DNA of 32,000 nucleotides from Candidatus Scalindua sp. (GTDB lineage Bacteria; Planctomycetota; Brocadiia; Brocadiales; Scalinduaceae), in contig JALDRA010000001.1 in the NCBI GenBank assembly GCA_031316235.1, positions 1,020,001 to 1,052,000 on the forward strand, given 5' to 3'. The position numbers and the translations under genes are program-made. Position 1 is the first letter of the stretch. Each line of letters begins with the position of its first letter. This document shows positions 16,180-25,424 of the stretch, one piece after another. The notes beneath the pieces were generated by a model. The model was not told the origin of the DNA. It made no database searches and saw only the letters and a program-made list of their open reading frames with translations.

Positions 16180-18597
16180 TTATCTCCTTGAATATCCAGG
16201 ATATGGATCTGGTCCCTGAATATTATCCCACTGTGCACCCAAATCTACCCACTCAACAAACAGGTATCTTTCTTCAGGAGTCAGGATTTTGTTATGCATT
16301 ACCCTGCCTTCTAGTGGGAAGGTGTTATCACTTGTTGCAAACTGTGATAATGGTTCCTCATAGAGCCTCCAGATAAGAGGGCTATTGATAGCAGCACTTG
16401 GATTCACGTATCTACCACCAATGTTCTTATCCTTACCCTGCAGAGGTGCCAGCAAGCTGTTGTAAGAACTGCTGAAGGCAGCAATCCCATCAACAGAAAC
16501 CAGCTTTGTGCTACCGGCGAGATTAGGTGCCTGCCCAGAGCTATGGCAGCTGGCACATTTTGCATCAATTAATGGCTGAATGTCTCTTCTGAAATCGACT
16601 GTTCTGAGTTTGTCAATATTCAAACCTTCAACCTTCTGTGATGTCGTACCAGAAGCACCACCGTAGTAAACGTCAGCTGGTACAACAACGTCTTCACCAT
16701 GCTTTACCCCGGCGTATTTACCATTCTTATCAATTCTGACATTCGCCCACATAAATGGCGAATCGTAATGGCTTAAATCACTATACCACCAGTTGTAAAG
16801 AGCTTTCGAATGGATATTCTTATACCCCCTCTTGTCATATGAACCCCAGTGGCATCCAGTACAGATTCTCCCACCATAAGGCCTTACATATGCCCATGAA
16901 AGCTGCGTCTGAACTGCCATGCCATTCTCATCAAGGATCTGAGCACAGTATGGCTCATCTCCGGGATGTGAGCTTACAACAGAACCATCATCTTCAACGT
17001 ACTGATAACCAAACATACGTCTCTGAGTAAACATGGTACCTGAGTTACTACTTGTTCTTTCACCACCAAGCAGGTGCCTACCTGCACCAACGATAAACCT
17101 GGAAGAATCCGGTTCTTTTGTCTCGATAGCGTTCAGCGTTCGAATCGCTTTCACATCACCATGCTTCATCTCCTTGGCCCTCTGATGCGGATATGGACCA
17201 ATTGGAAGATTAGTCAAGGTAGTATCAAAACAGATAGTAGTACTCCAGGAGTGCGGATATCCTTCGACGTTCACCTGATCAAAAGGCTGGTACGTCACCG
17301 TGGTAACACCAAATTCTTTACCAGCAGTAAAAGAGTTAATCCATCTTGGTTTATAACGAGGATATACTGGCTGTGGCTGATGATCGTTCCACTCAGGATC
17401 ATCATAAACCTTCTCACCGACGGTTCCCTTGCTTGCATCAAACCAAAACAGGCCGAAATCCTGTCTCTCTGAAGATGAAACCATCAACCTTCCATCTGGC
17501 ACAGGGAATGGACTCCTGTAAAGCCTCCCATCATTATTAAGTCTTGATTGAGTCTTGGCATGAGGAGTCGTCCAGCTAACCCTTGCAAGATTTCCAACAC
17601 CTGAATTGTAATCCAAGGCCTCAATATAATACAGATATCCGTCCACAGCTTCCCTTGCCTGAATTTTAGCAGTGTGTGGCTGCTCAGAACACTCATTACC
17701 ATAAATATGCCTTGGATATGATCCATCCCAGTTATCAACTATGAGACAGACACTTCCTTTACCCCCAGCCCGTGGCCCATTTGCCTGTGTACTGCTGAAC
17801 ATAATATTTCCGTCACGAGTTAAAGCTGGATCAAAATCAGAACTTACATTATAGGTAATCCTGTCAGCAACAGAATTTGTGCTCGGCATATCGATACCCA
17901 TAAGTTTGTGACCACAGATTCTGTCCATCATGTTTCCACCCTGCGGATCAAGCCTGTAGAGGCTGTACGAGTAATTATTATAATACTCATCCATAGCGTC
18001 TGCAGGTGAGTATGTGATGATCAAGAAGCCAGTTTTCTCAACTTCTCCTCTCACTTTCCAGTCACCTTCAAAATACCTGTCTCGTGAGATAACCCTGCCT
18101 TTACCAGACTCTATGGCACCGGCCGCATAATAGATCGGGCTCCTTGCTGTACCAGGCAAATCAGTCAACTGCCTTACACCGGAACCATCAATATTCATTT
18201 CCCAGATTTGACATCCACCACCGTTTTTATGAACACCGGCAAATGCAACTCTTGAGCAATCCCAATTTAGGCAGGGATCAAAAGCGCTCTGAAAATCATT
18301 TGTTAAAACCTGCACACTTCTTGTTTTCATATTATATGAAACTATCCTGCTATTATTGGAAACATAGTTCGGATATTGATGATACGGATCACCAGCACTT
18401 GTAGGCTTCGACTGAGTGAAGATAACAGAGTCAATATTCCCCTGTATCTCCTTTGACATACCCCAATAGTCACCCCAAATAGCCTTACCCGGCTGGTGAC
18501 CACCTACCATTACCTGTGCCTGGCAAGTTGAACCTAAAAGTCCACTTATTGCCACAGCACCAGCTAACGCCATTGTCGCAAAAAATCCCTTTTTCAT
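16180..18597 (-). CDS. hzsA: Hydrazine synthase alpha subunit
   Basis: 805 aa from ATG 18597 (GGAAAGGAGA upstream), with signal peptide MKKGFFATMALAGAVAISGLLGSTCQAQV. A long haem-free N-terminal region is followed by two CxxCH motifs (CTGCH, CASCH) in the C-terminal third. It is the last gene after hzsB-hzsC. Size, haem layout and synteny match my recollection of kuste2861. Confidence 0.9.
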   Translation of the reverse strand: MKKGFFATMALAGAVAISGLLGSTCQAQVMVGGHQPGKAIWGDYWGMSKEIQGNIDSVIFTQSKPTSAGDPYHQYPNYVSNNSRIVSYNMKTRSVQVLTNDFQSAFDPCLNWDCSRVAFAGVHKNGGGCQIWEMNIDGSGVRQLTDLPGTARSPIYYAAGAIESGKGRVISRDRYFEGDWKVRGEVEKTGFLIITYSPADAMDEYYNNYSYSLYRLDPQGGNMMDRICGHKLMGIDMPSTNSVADRITYNVSSDFDPALTRDGNIMFSSTQANGPRAGGKGSVCLIVDNWDGSYPRHIYGNECSEQPHTAKIQAREAVDGYLYYIEALDYNSGVGNLARVSWTTPHAKTQSRLNNDGRLYRSPFPVPDGRLMVSSSERQDFGLFWFDASKGTVGEKVYDDPEWNDHQPQPVYPRYKPRWINSFTAGKEFGVTTVTYQPFDQVNVEGYPHSWSTTICFDTTLTNLPIGPYPHQRAKEMKHGDVKAIRTLNAIETKEPDSSRFIVGAGRHLLGGERTSSNSGTMFTQRRMFGYQYVEDDGSVVSSHPGDEPYCAQILDENGMAVQTQLSWAYVRPYGGRICTGCHWGSYDKRGYKNIHSKALYNWWYSDLSHYDSPFMWANVRIDKNGKYAGVKHGEDVVVPADVYYGGASGTTSQKVEGLNIDKLRTVDFRRDIQPLIDAKCASCHSSGQAPNLAGSTKLVSVDGIAAFSSSYNSLLAPLQGKDKNIGGRYVNPSAAINSPLIWRLYEEPLSQFATSDNTFPLEGRVMHNKILTPEERYLFVEWVDLGAQWDNIQGPDPYPGYSRR

Positions 18598-18710
18598 AAG
18601 TTGGGAGTCTCCTTTCCTCTCGTATATAAAATTACACAATTTAATAATTTCTCAATTATTTCTGAAATCCATAGCCCCTATTTTGGAGGCTATCTGATCA
18701 GTAAAACACC

Positions 18711-19736
18711 TTAAAGAGCCTTCATAAACTCAACAAGGTCCTGTAATTCCTGATTACTCAGATGCGATGTAACACCATGCATATCCTTTGTTGTAACGGA
18801 GTTATCAATCGTATCCATCAGAGTCTCAGCACTGCCATCATGGAAATAGGTACCGGACGCATAGATATCCCTCAATGTCGGGGTATCAAATTCCTTTACC
18901 AGATCCAATCCGATAATCGGCACATCATAATCCTCACCATATGGATCAACTCCTTTTTCCAACGCTGCGGTATTGAATACCTCACCTGGTGTCGTCCTGA
19001 ATCCATCCCTTCCTACCCTTCCGGTTCCAACGTCATGAGTCTGAGCATCACTGAACAGTGCCCTTGGGTTGTTAGGATCTCCCGGATGGCACTCAATGCA
19101 TCCCACCTTCGGATCACTGAAAACCTTCCAGCCTCTCTTTTGAGCCTCGGTCATCGATCCATCTGCATTGCGGAAAGGACTACCCGTAAACTCTAAAGAA
19201 CGGATGTAAGCAACCAATGCCTCCAGTCTTTCAGGCGAGAAGTTCTCACTTCTGAACACAAATCCAGGGTCTCGTCCGCATACCCTGTCGATTGATGATG
19301 TAGCACCTACGATCTCATCAGGATGACCCGTAAATCCTTCATGCCTGAATGGAGGGAGGTACCTTCCGCCACGGATGTACTTCGTATTCTTCCAGCTGCC
19401 CCAGCCTTCATCACCAAGATCCCAGATCAGACCTGTTGTCTGACCTCTCTCATAGTGACAGCTTGCACATGAGTACTCACCCTGTAAAGTCCATGAATTC
19501 TCATTAAACTGAAATTGTCCATACCTTACCAGTTCGCTCTTGTAAGGTGAATGCTTCACCCTGTAATGCACCTCAGGGACAGTCAACGGCTCTCCTCTTT
19601 CCAATGGAGCCCATTCCGGCCCTGTCTGTATAGTCGCTATAACCTGAGCCTCTCCTGCATCAGCAAACTTCACAGTTGCAGTCAGGCAAAAAAGACACAG
19701 GGTAGCAATTAAGCTCAACACAAACATCTTCCTCAT
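18711..19736 (-). CDS. hzsC: Hydrazine synthase gamma subunit (dihaem, cytochrome c peroxidase/MauG-like)
   Basis: 341 aa from ATG 19736, with a perfect AGGAGG 6 nt upstream and signal peptide MRKMFVLSLIATLCLFCLTATVKFADA. Two CxxCH motifs (CASCH, CIECH). The longer listed ORF, which overlaps hzsB, is an upstream extension without an SD. Confidence 0.9.
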   Translation of the reverse strand: MRKMFVLSLIATLCLFCLTATVKFADAGEAQVIATIQTGPEWAPLERGEPLTVPEVHYRVKHSPYKSELVRYGQFQFNENSWTLQGEYSCASCHYERGQTTGLIWDLGDEGWGSWKNTKYIRGGRYLPPFRHEGFTGHPDEIVGATSSIDRVCGRDPGFVFRSENFSPERLEALVAYIRSLEFTGSPFRNADGSMTEAQKRGWKVFSDPKVGCIECHPGDPNNPRALFSDAQTHDVGTGRVGRDGFRTTPGEVFNTAALEKGVDPYGEDYDVPIIGLDLVKEFDTPTLRDIYASGTYFHDGSAETLMDTIDNSVTTKDMHGVTSHLSNQELQDLVEFMKAL

Positions 19737-19798
19737 TACCAACCTCCTAAAAAAAACAGTTAAAGTTAAATACTCAAAAAACCCCAGCCATACAATAA

Positions 19799-20935
19799 TC
19801 AATCAAGCGGAGTCCTGATTACGGATACATTATTCGAAAAATAGTTCGCAGCATAACATATCTTACCATCCGGAGACAGCGCAACTGAACTTGGCCCGAG
19901 TCCTACATTCACCCTCTTCACCAGGTAGTCTACCATAATCGTAAGATCATCCTTCATCTCATCCAGCTCATCCTGTGAGCTGGTCTGGATGATCTCTGTC
20001 ATCTTACCCAGATCAAGAATAGTAACCCTGTGCATACCCCTTACACCGATGTACACATATTTACCCTCTGGACAGATTGCGATTCCATAGGGATTACCAT
20101 CGTAATTGTTGTGCTCATCGAGTGGAAACTGTGCAACTTTACCGCCAGCCCTCGTCTCAACCATTGCAACATTGTTTGAGAAAATCTGGGCATTTTCAGC
20201 CTCGCAGACAGGCAGCCAGTTCTTTGGCTGTTCCATCGTAAAGAGAACGTACTTACCATCAGGAGTATACTCAACGCCCCTGAAGTTGGCGCTACCGGGT
20301 ACTACCCTTGTCTCAGTAACCCTGCCTGTTGCAAGGTCAATGAAATCAACGCACCTGTTTATTTTGCCCGTCGTATCAAGAACAACCGCGGCTTTCTTCC
20401 CGTCAGGAGATATCGCTATATCCCTTGGACCATAGTCAGATGTCCTGATCTCACCGATTTTGTTGTTCATTGCTGTATCAATGATATCAACAGTGTTCCA
20501 CATACTTCCTGAGCAGCACACATATGCCTTCGAACCATCCTTAGACAGCTTTATGCTGCATGGCCAGTCGCCAACTTTGATGGTCTTTATTACTGCCTTG
20601 GTGCCCACATCAATGATGGAAACTGAATCACTTTCAGCGTTACATACATACAGCGTTCTCCCATCTTGAGTACATACCGTTGCTTCCGGCTGTACCTGAA
20701 CAGGCACTTCACCGGTAACTTTCCTTGTTCTCGTATCAACAAAAGTCACACTGTGGCCTGACTGATTTGCAAGAAACAACGTACCGCCATCAGGAGAAAC
20801 CGATACGTGAAACGGGGAAGGATGTTCAGTCCTCACCCTTGTACCCTGAATAAAACCGGCACTGGCACTTTGAGATATCGCCAGAGATACCAAGCCGGCC
20901 CCGAGGATACTCCAAAATAAACTCCCTTTTTTCAT
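19799..20935 (-). CDS. hzsB: Hydrazine synthase beta subunit (haem-free beta-propeller)
   Basis: 378 aa with signal peptide MKKGSLFWSILGAGLVSLAISQSASA and no CxxCH. It has repeated YVTN-type blades (DGGTLFLANQSGHSVTFVD, DGRTLYVCNAESDSVSIID, DGSKAYVCCSG..VDIID, DGKICYAANYFSNNVSVI). AGGAGGTG lies upstream of the ATG. Confidence 0.9.
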   Translation of the reverse strand: MKKGSLFWSILGAGLVSLAISQSASAGFIQGTRVRTEHPSPFHVSVSPDGGTLFLANQSGHSVTFVDTRTRKVTGEVPVQVQPEATVCTQDGRTLYVCNAESDSVSIIDVGTKAVIKTIKVGDWPCSIKLSKDGSKAYVCCSGSMWNTVDIIDTAMNNKIGEIRTSDYGPRDIAISPDGKKAAVVLDTTGKINRCVDFIDLATGRVTETRVVPGSANFRGVEYTPDGKYVLFTMEQPKNWLPVCEAENAQIFSNNVAMVETRAGGKVAQFPLDEHNNYDGNPYGIAICPEGKYVYIGVRGMHRVTILDLGKMTEIIQTSSQDELDEMKDDLTIMVDYLVKRVNVGLGPSSVALSPDGKICYAANYFSNNVSVIRTPLD

Positions 20936-20971
20936 TCTTCACCTCCTAAAAGTTAACAAAAAACACTAAAA

Positions 20972-21559
20972 TTAGAAACTCGGAACATGTGGACACTCAC
21001 CCGACTTCTTGCAAACAGTCTCCAGTGGTTTCCCACACTCCTCACAACTGCCAGGGTCTACCAACGTAGGGATATACTCGACCTTTTCATCAAGTTTATG
21101 CCCTCTCCCTGGATGCTCAAAGGTCTTACCACAACCCGTACATTTAAAATCAATCTTAGACCAGACTTTCTTACTGTCTATATCGCCCATGCATACTTCA
21201 CAACCACCCGGATTAGGCATACACTTTTCATATGCCTCACACTCCTTCTCGATACAGCTGAATTTGATCCTTTCACAGCCCCAGGCCTCAGGAAGATCCT
21301 GATGTTTTTTCGCTTCATCATACTCCTCAGAACCAGATTCATATTTCTTAAAGTCCCAGATGTAATTAATATTTTTACAGTCTTTAAACTCGTTAATTTC
21401 CTTACATATCGGACAATAATAATGCAACTGAATCTTTTTTTTCGGACATTCACCCTCAGCATATACCGAGCTCACCTGACCAACTGCCAGATTTACCAAA
21501 AACATGCAAGCAAATATTGCAATGACAAGACGTCCCATCCTTCTTTTTACTGTAAACAC
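20972..21559 (-). CDS. Secreted cysteine-rich protein (multiple CxxC knuckles), first gene of the hzs transcription unit
   Basis: The mature part has 16 Cys, including CPIC, CEVC, CTGC and CEEC pairs, and no CxxCH. The signal peptide is (MFTVKRR)MGRLVIAIFACMFLVNLAVGQVSSVYA. The start is either GTG 21559 (AGGGGGTGA 4 nt upstream) or ATG 21538. The ORF-track start at 21661 lies upstream of the promoter. Confidence 0.7.
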   Translation of the reverse strand: MFTVKRRMGRLVIAIFACMFLVNLAVGQVSSVYAEGECPKKKIQLHYYCPICKEINEFKDCKNINYIWDFKKYESGSEEYDEAKKHQDLPEAWGCERIKFSCIEKECEAYEKCMPNPGGCEVCMGDIDSKKVWSKIDFKCTGCGKTFEHPGRGHKLDEKVEYIPTLVDPGSCEECGKPLETVCKKSGECPHVPSF

Positions 21560-21635
21560 TTCTTCACCCCCTTTCACAACAAAAAAACGTTCTCGAATTA
21601 AAACCAAAATCAATTCAGACATTTTCTCAAGAGTT

Positions 21636-21651
21636 AGCAGAAAGCATGCCA
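21636..21651 (-). promoter_or_regulatory. Sigma54 (-24/-12) promoter upstream of the Cys-rich gene and hzsBCA
   Basis: The minus strand reads TGGCATGCTTTCTGCT, against the consensus TGGCACG-N4-TTGCW. The GG-N10-GC spacing is exact. It lies about 75-100 nt upstream of the first start codon and 180 nt downstream of the stop of a sigma54 activator gene. Confidence 0.6.
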
Positions 21652-21832
21652 AAAGCGGCATCTAATTTTTTGTACTCTAAACCTAAACATACTAAAATCT
21701 TACAAAATTTTCTTTCTATCGTAAACATCAGTATTAAAAGAATGTCGCGGCGCAAATAAGCCATAGCATTCGATAAACCGCCAGCACACCAAACCTACCA
21801 GAAGCCCTGCATATTGTCAATAGTTTTATAAA

Positions 21833-23224
21833 TTAATTGCTACCATATTTTTCCAACCGATACCTCAGTGTCCCACGTGTCAAACCCAGCATTTTCGCAG
21901 CTTTTGTTTTATTATTATTACTTTTTTTCAGGGCCTGTAATACAATCGTTTTCTCAACTTCTTCAAGGCAAATACCCTCCGGAGGTATTTCAAAATCAAT
22001 CGAAACCTCCTTTTTTCCCTTATCACCACACTTACCATTCGAATTACCCTGCTTCGTAAGGTTTAAAGGCAGATGCTCTTCATGTATCGTATCCCCCTTA
22101 CACAAAATCACCGCCCTCTCTATACAATTCTTTAACTCCCTAATGTTACCTTCCCAGACATTTGAGATGAGCAGCTTTTCAGCATTCCTTGAGATTTTCA
22201 TGAGGCATTTACCCATTTTGACTGAGTAGCGCTCGATGAAGGTATTTACCAGAGAAATAATATCCTCTGATCTTTCACGAAGAGGTGGTATTTGGATTGG
22301 AAATACGTTGATTCGGTAAAAGAGGTCCTCTCTGAAGTCCCCTTCTTTTACAAGCTGTCCAAGGTCTTTATTGCTTGCACAGATAATTCTCACATCTACC
22401 TTCACTGTTTCTGAACCCCCGAGCCTTTCCAGCTCCCTTTCTTCAACGACCCTCAATACCTTTGCCTGGATAACAGGATTCATCTCAGAAATTTCATCTA
22501 GAAAAAGAGTCCCCCCATTAGCTAATTCAAATCGACCTTTTTTGCTCTTTTCAGCACCAGTAAAAGCCCCTTTTTCATAACCAAACAATTCACTCTCTAA
22601 CAGATTTTCCGGCAGGGCTGCGCAATTTATCGTAACCAACGGTCCACTCTTTCGAAGACTATTGAAATGAATAGCCTTGGCAACCAACTCCTTCCCGGTT
22701 CCACTTTCACCATAAATCGAAACAGTAGAGTCTGTCCTTGATACATCGCCTGCCAACAAAAGAACTTCAAGCATTTTGGGAGAGTTGGTAATGATAGTCC
22801 CAAAATTGTAATGCGACTCTAATTCGTTGCGCAGGTATCTATTTTCAATTGTAAGAGATCTAATCTTAATAGCCTTTTTAATCGCAACAGCCAGAGCATC
22901 CCCCTCAAAAGGTCTGGGGATATAGTCAAATGCCCCCTCCTTCATCGCCTTAACCGCTATTTCCACGGAGTCATCTCCGGTAATAATAATGACCGGCAGT
23001 TCCGGATCCTTCGATTTTAAACGCCTCAAGAATTCAAGACGACCAATCCTGGGTGACCTCAGATCGGTTATAACCAAATGCACTCTTTCGCAGTTGATAA
23101 AATCTAATATTGACAATTCACTCTGCACTTTAACAAGTTCTACACCTGCCACTTCTTCAAGAATAACCCCAATATTTCGGATCATCCGCTCTTCATCATC
23201 AGCTACCAGTACCCTACTTTTCAT
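21833..23224 (-). CDS. Sigma54-dependent response regulator (NtrC family enhancer-binding protein)
   Basis: 463 aa. The receiver domain has VLVADDEE...VITDL. The AAA+ domain has Walker A GESGTGKE and the sigma54-contact loop GAFTGA. The C-terminal Fis-type HTH is KTKAAKMLGLTRGTLRYRLEKYG. Confidence 0.95.
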   Translation of the reverse strand: MKSRVLVADDEERMIRNIGVILEEVAGVELVKVQSELSILDFINCERVHLVITDLRSPRIGRLEFLRRLKSKDPELPVIIITGDDSVEIAVKAMKEGAFDYIPRPFEGDALAVAIKKAIKIRSLTIENRYLRNELESHYNFGTIITNSPKMLEVLLLAGDVSRTDSTVSIYGESGTGKELVAKAIHFNSLRKSGPLVTINCAALPENLLESELFGYEKGAFTGAEKSKKGRFELANGGTLFLDEISEMNPVIQAKVLRVVEERELERLGGSETVKVDVRIICASNKDLGQLVKEGDFREDLFYRINVFPIQIPPLRERSEDIISLVNTFIERYSVKMGKCLMKISRNAEKLLISNVWEGNIRELKNCIERAVILCKGDTIHEEHLPLNLTKQGNSNGKCGDKGKKEVSIDFEIPPEGICLEEVEKTIVLQALKKSNNNKTKAAKMLGLTRGTLRYRLEKYGSN

Positions 23225-23279
23225 TTAAGTTACAAACTCCCAATAGTACTAAACCGTAAAGAACAGAACCTAAAGCAAA

Positions 23280-24164
23280 TCAGCAACAAAGTGTTACCAG
23301 AGAACAAATCAGCGAAGCGAGCATAAATCCAACAATGAGCAGACCGACAACAAGAAACGGCAGCCCCATTATTTTTGAAACAAGGCTCCCGCCACAACCC
23401 GCTGGCCTGACTCTCAGAGCTTCCAACTCACCATTTTCCTTCAGCCTCTCATAATAAGCACCTCTCTCGTGAGACATATGCTCTTCAGAAATCCGTCCCG
23501 TAAACATCGCCTCGTCAACCGGCATATTTTCCGGGAGCAAATGGGTGTGAAAAAAATGGATCGTAAAGATAAAACCTGCCGCCAGCAAAGCCTCGTACCT
23601 GTGTGCCACCAGGGCCAAACTTGGCAGATCAATGATACTGGCAAGATTAACCGGCACCAGGCTGGTTGCCTGCACCGGAAACCAGAGGACAAAACCTGTA
23701 GTTGCCATGACAAATGTGCCCCACATAAGCGACAGATACTCCATTTTTTCCCAGTAAATCCACCTATCATAATTAGGACGGCTTCCCAAACGGAAAAACC
23801 ATAAAACATCACCCAAAATATTAAGCAAATCTTTCGGCTGGATCAACAGGGAATCAGGCCCCCAGAAAATGCCCCTGTCCTTCTTAACCAGTGTCTGCAC
23901 CGAAAGGAAAGCAAAATGTAAAAAGGCAGCAAAAAATGTAATCAACGCACAGATTCTATGTATTATACCAGCAGTTGGATACCCACCCATAACTCCATAT
24001 AACCAGTGCGCCCAGCCATAATCCTTAAAGACGAGAGGCATACCCGTTAAAACCAAGCCAAAAAAACTGATAATAACGAGAAAATGACTAAACCTGTGAA
24101 ACAAGCTAAACCTTAAAAAATGACTATCACTTGCCATGTTTTGATTCCTTTCCCTTACGCTCAT
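23280..24164 (-). CDS. Cytochrome-b-like integral membrane protein (FdnI / Ni-hydrogenase cyt b type), putative quinol-oxidising subunit
   Basis: 294 aa with 5-6 hydrophobic helices carrying conserved His (FHRFSHF, IIHRICALITFFAAFLHF, VAHRYE, IHFFHTH). It overlaps the upstream haem gene by 38 nt; the alternative start ATG 24137 overlaps by 11 nt. Confidence 0.75.
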   Translation of the reverse strand: MSVRERNQNMASDSHFLRFSLFHRFSHFLVIISFFGLVLTGMPLVFKDYGWAHWLYGVMGGYPTAGIIHRICALITFFAAFLHFAFLSVQTLVKKDRGIFWGPDSLLIQPKDLLNILGDVLWFFRLGSRPNYDRWIYWEKMEYLSLMWGTFVMATTGFVLWFPVQATSLVPVNLASIIDLPSLALVAHRYEALLAAGFIFTIHFFHTHLLPENMPVDEAMFTGRISEEHMSHERGAYYERLKENGELEALRVRPAGCGGSLVSKIMGLPFLVVGLLIVGFMLASLICSLVTLCC

Positions 24165-25122
24165 CTAATATAGTAGCCAGCCATGTAAGGACTGAATGCA
24201 TACCAAAACCAGAAAATGTCATTACCAAAATACCCACATACATCACAAATAAAATCGTAATAAGCGTCTGAGGACTCTTCACAAGCCCTGCTACCTTCTC
24301 CCGATCACTACGAATATCTTTAACTGCCCCAACGATCGTCTTATAATAATTTATATTCTTATATTGCGGATGCGCAACATGTTTTACAAAAGTGCTGTTT
24401 GCACCTGGATGGCAAGTACCGCATGTCTCTATAAGATTCTCAGAACCCACTGTTGACTCAGGGTCAGATGAATTTAAAATCTTGTGCTGACCATGACAAT
24501 CAACACAGGTCGCTATATCTGTGCCGACATACCCCAGTGCTGTAACCTGACCGTGCAGATTATTACGGTACGAATTAAAAAACTCCTCATGACACCCACC
24601 ACACTTATCGATCGTATCTTTTCTATGTGACAGATCGTCAGCTCTCGGGACATCACGTTTTGATTTAAGTCCGGCATGGCAGTACTTACAAGTCGGAGGC
24701 TGAATATCATTTTCCTTCATCAGCGCCACATGGCTACTTTCAAGAAATTCCTCAGCCGGATCATCATGGCAAAATGTTATGCAATCAACTGGTTGTAAAT
24801 TTGGATAATGCTCCCCCTCCGACTCCTCAAGATCCGCATGACAATCAATACAATAGAAATCTTCACCTCCATGAGCAGAAGCGTGAAAGGCCTCTTCGTC
24901 AACCAGCATGGATACTATTTCAACCTCGCCTGTTACATGGTCCACCCTCACCTTAACATCAACTTTAGAGGGATCAGTATGGCAATCCAAGCAATCATTA
25001 TTTTCTTGAGCATGAAGACAGTATGAAGAAACAGCGGAAATGAGAACAGCAAGGAACGCTACAAAAAGAAACCTCACCGCTTTATTATTGACAGCTCCAC
25101 AAGTGCTGAGAATGGATGCCAC
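24127..25122 (-). CDS. Heptahaem cytochrome c with C-terminal membrane anchor
   Basis: 331 aa from a GTG start, with AAGGAGGGA 8 nt upstream. Six CxxCH motifs (CLDCH, CIDCH, CKYCH, CGGCH, CVDCH, CGTCH) plus one CxxxCH (CITFCH, 24766-24783). It has an N-terminal signal and the C-terminal helix LITILFVMYVGILVMTFSGFGM. Confidence 0.85.
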   Translation of the reverse strand: MASILSTCGAVNNKAVRFLFVAFLAVLISAVSSYCLHAQENNDCLDCHTDPSKVDVKVRVDHVTGEVEIVSMLVDEEAFHASAHGGEDFYCIDCHADLEESEGEHYPNLQPVDCITFCHDDPAEEFLESSHVALMKENDIQPPTCKYCHAGLKSKRDVPRADDLSHRKDTIDKCGGCHEEFFNSYRNNLHGQVTALGYVGTDIATCVDCHGQHKILNSSDPESTVGSENLIETCGTCHPGANSTFVKHVAHPQYKNINYYKTIVGAVKDIRSDREKVAGLVKSPQTLITILFVMYVGILVMTFSGFGMHSVLTWLATILDERKGKESKHGK

Positions 25123-25424
25123 TGTATAATTCCCTCCTTTTGCTAAAAAGGTTGTACCTAGCTAACCTAAATGGGCATACTTTTCTAACGACAACCGGCC
25201 AATAAATCATAGCAACATCCGCCACACTACGAATCAATCTTCCTGTTTGCCGGGCATGTCCAATAAATACTTCAAATCACTACAAGGTAATCCTAATGAC
25301 TCATAATAAAAAAATTCATTGGGTGGTGAGCCAGTCTCACCAAGACCTCTCTCCCACCCAATCAACCCTAACACCCCTACAACTATTCAGCTCCAAACTA
25401 ACGAATCACATCAAACCAACAGCA

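Noticed and set aside
19737-19802. Apparent 4-nt overlap or possible fusion of hzsB and hzsC (as I recall for Scalindua)
   Set aside because: hzsB ends at a clean stop (19799-19801). The hzsC ORF extension has no SD and is hydrophobic nonsense. The ATG at 19736 has a perfect AGGAGG and starts a signal peptide.
20987-21601. 204-aa plus-strand ORF
   Set aside because: It is antisense to the Cys-rich secreted protein gene, which has a signal peptide, an SD and a regular CxxC pattern. This ORF has no start context or motifs.
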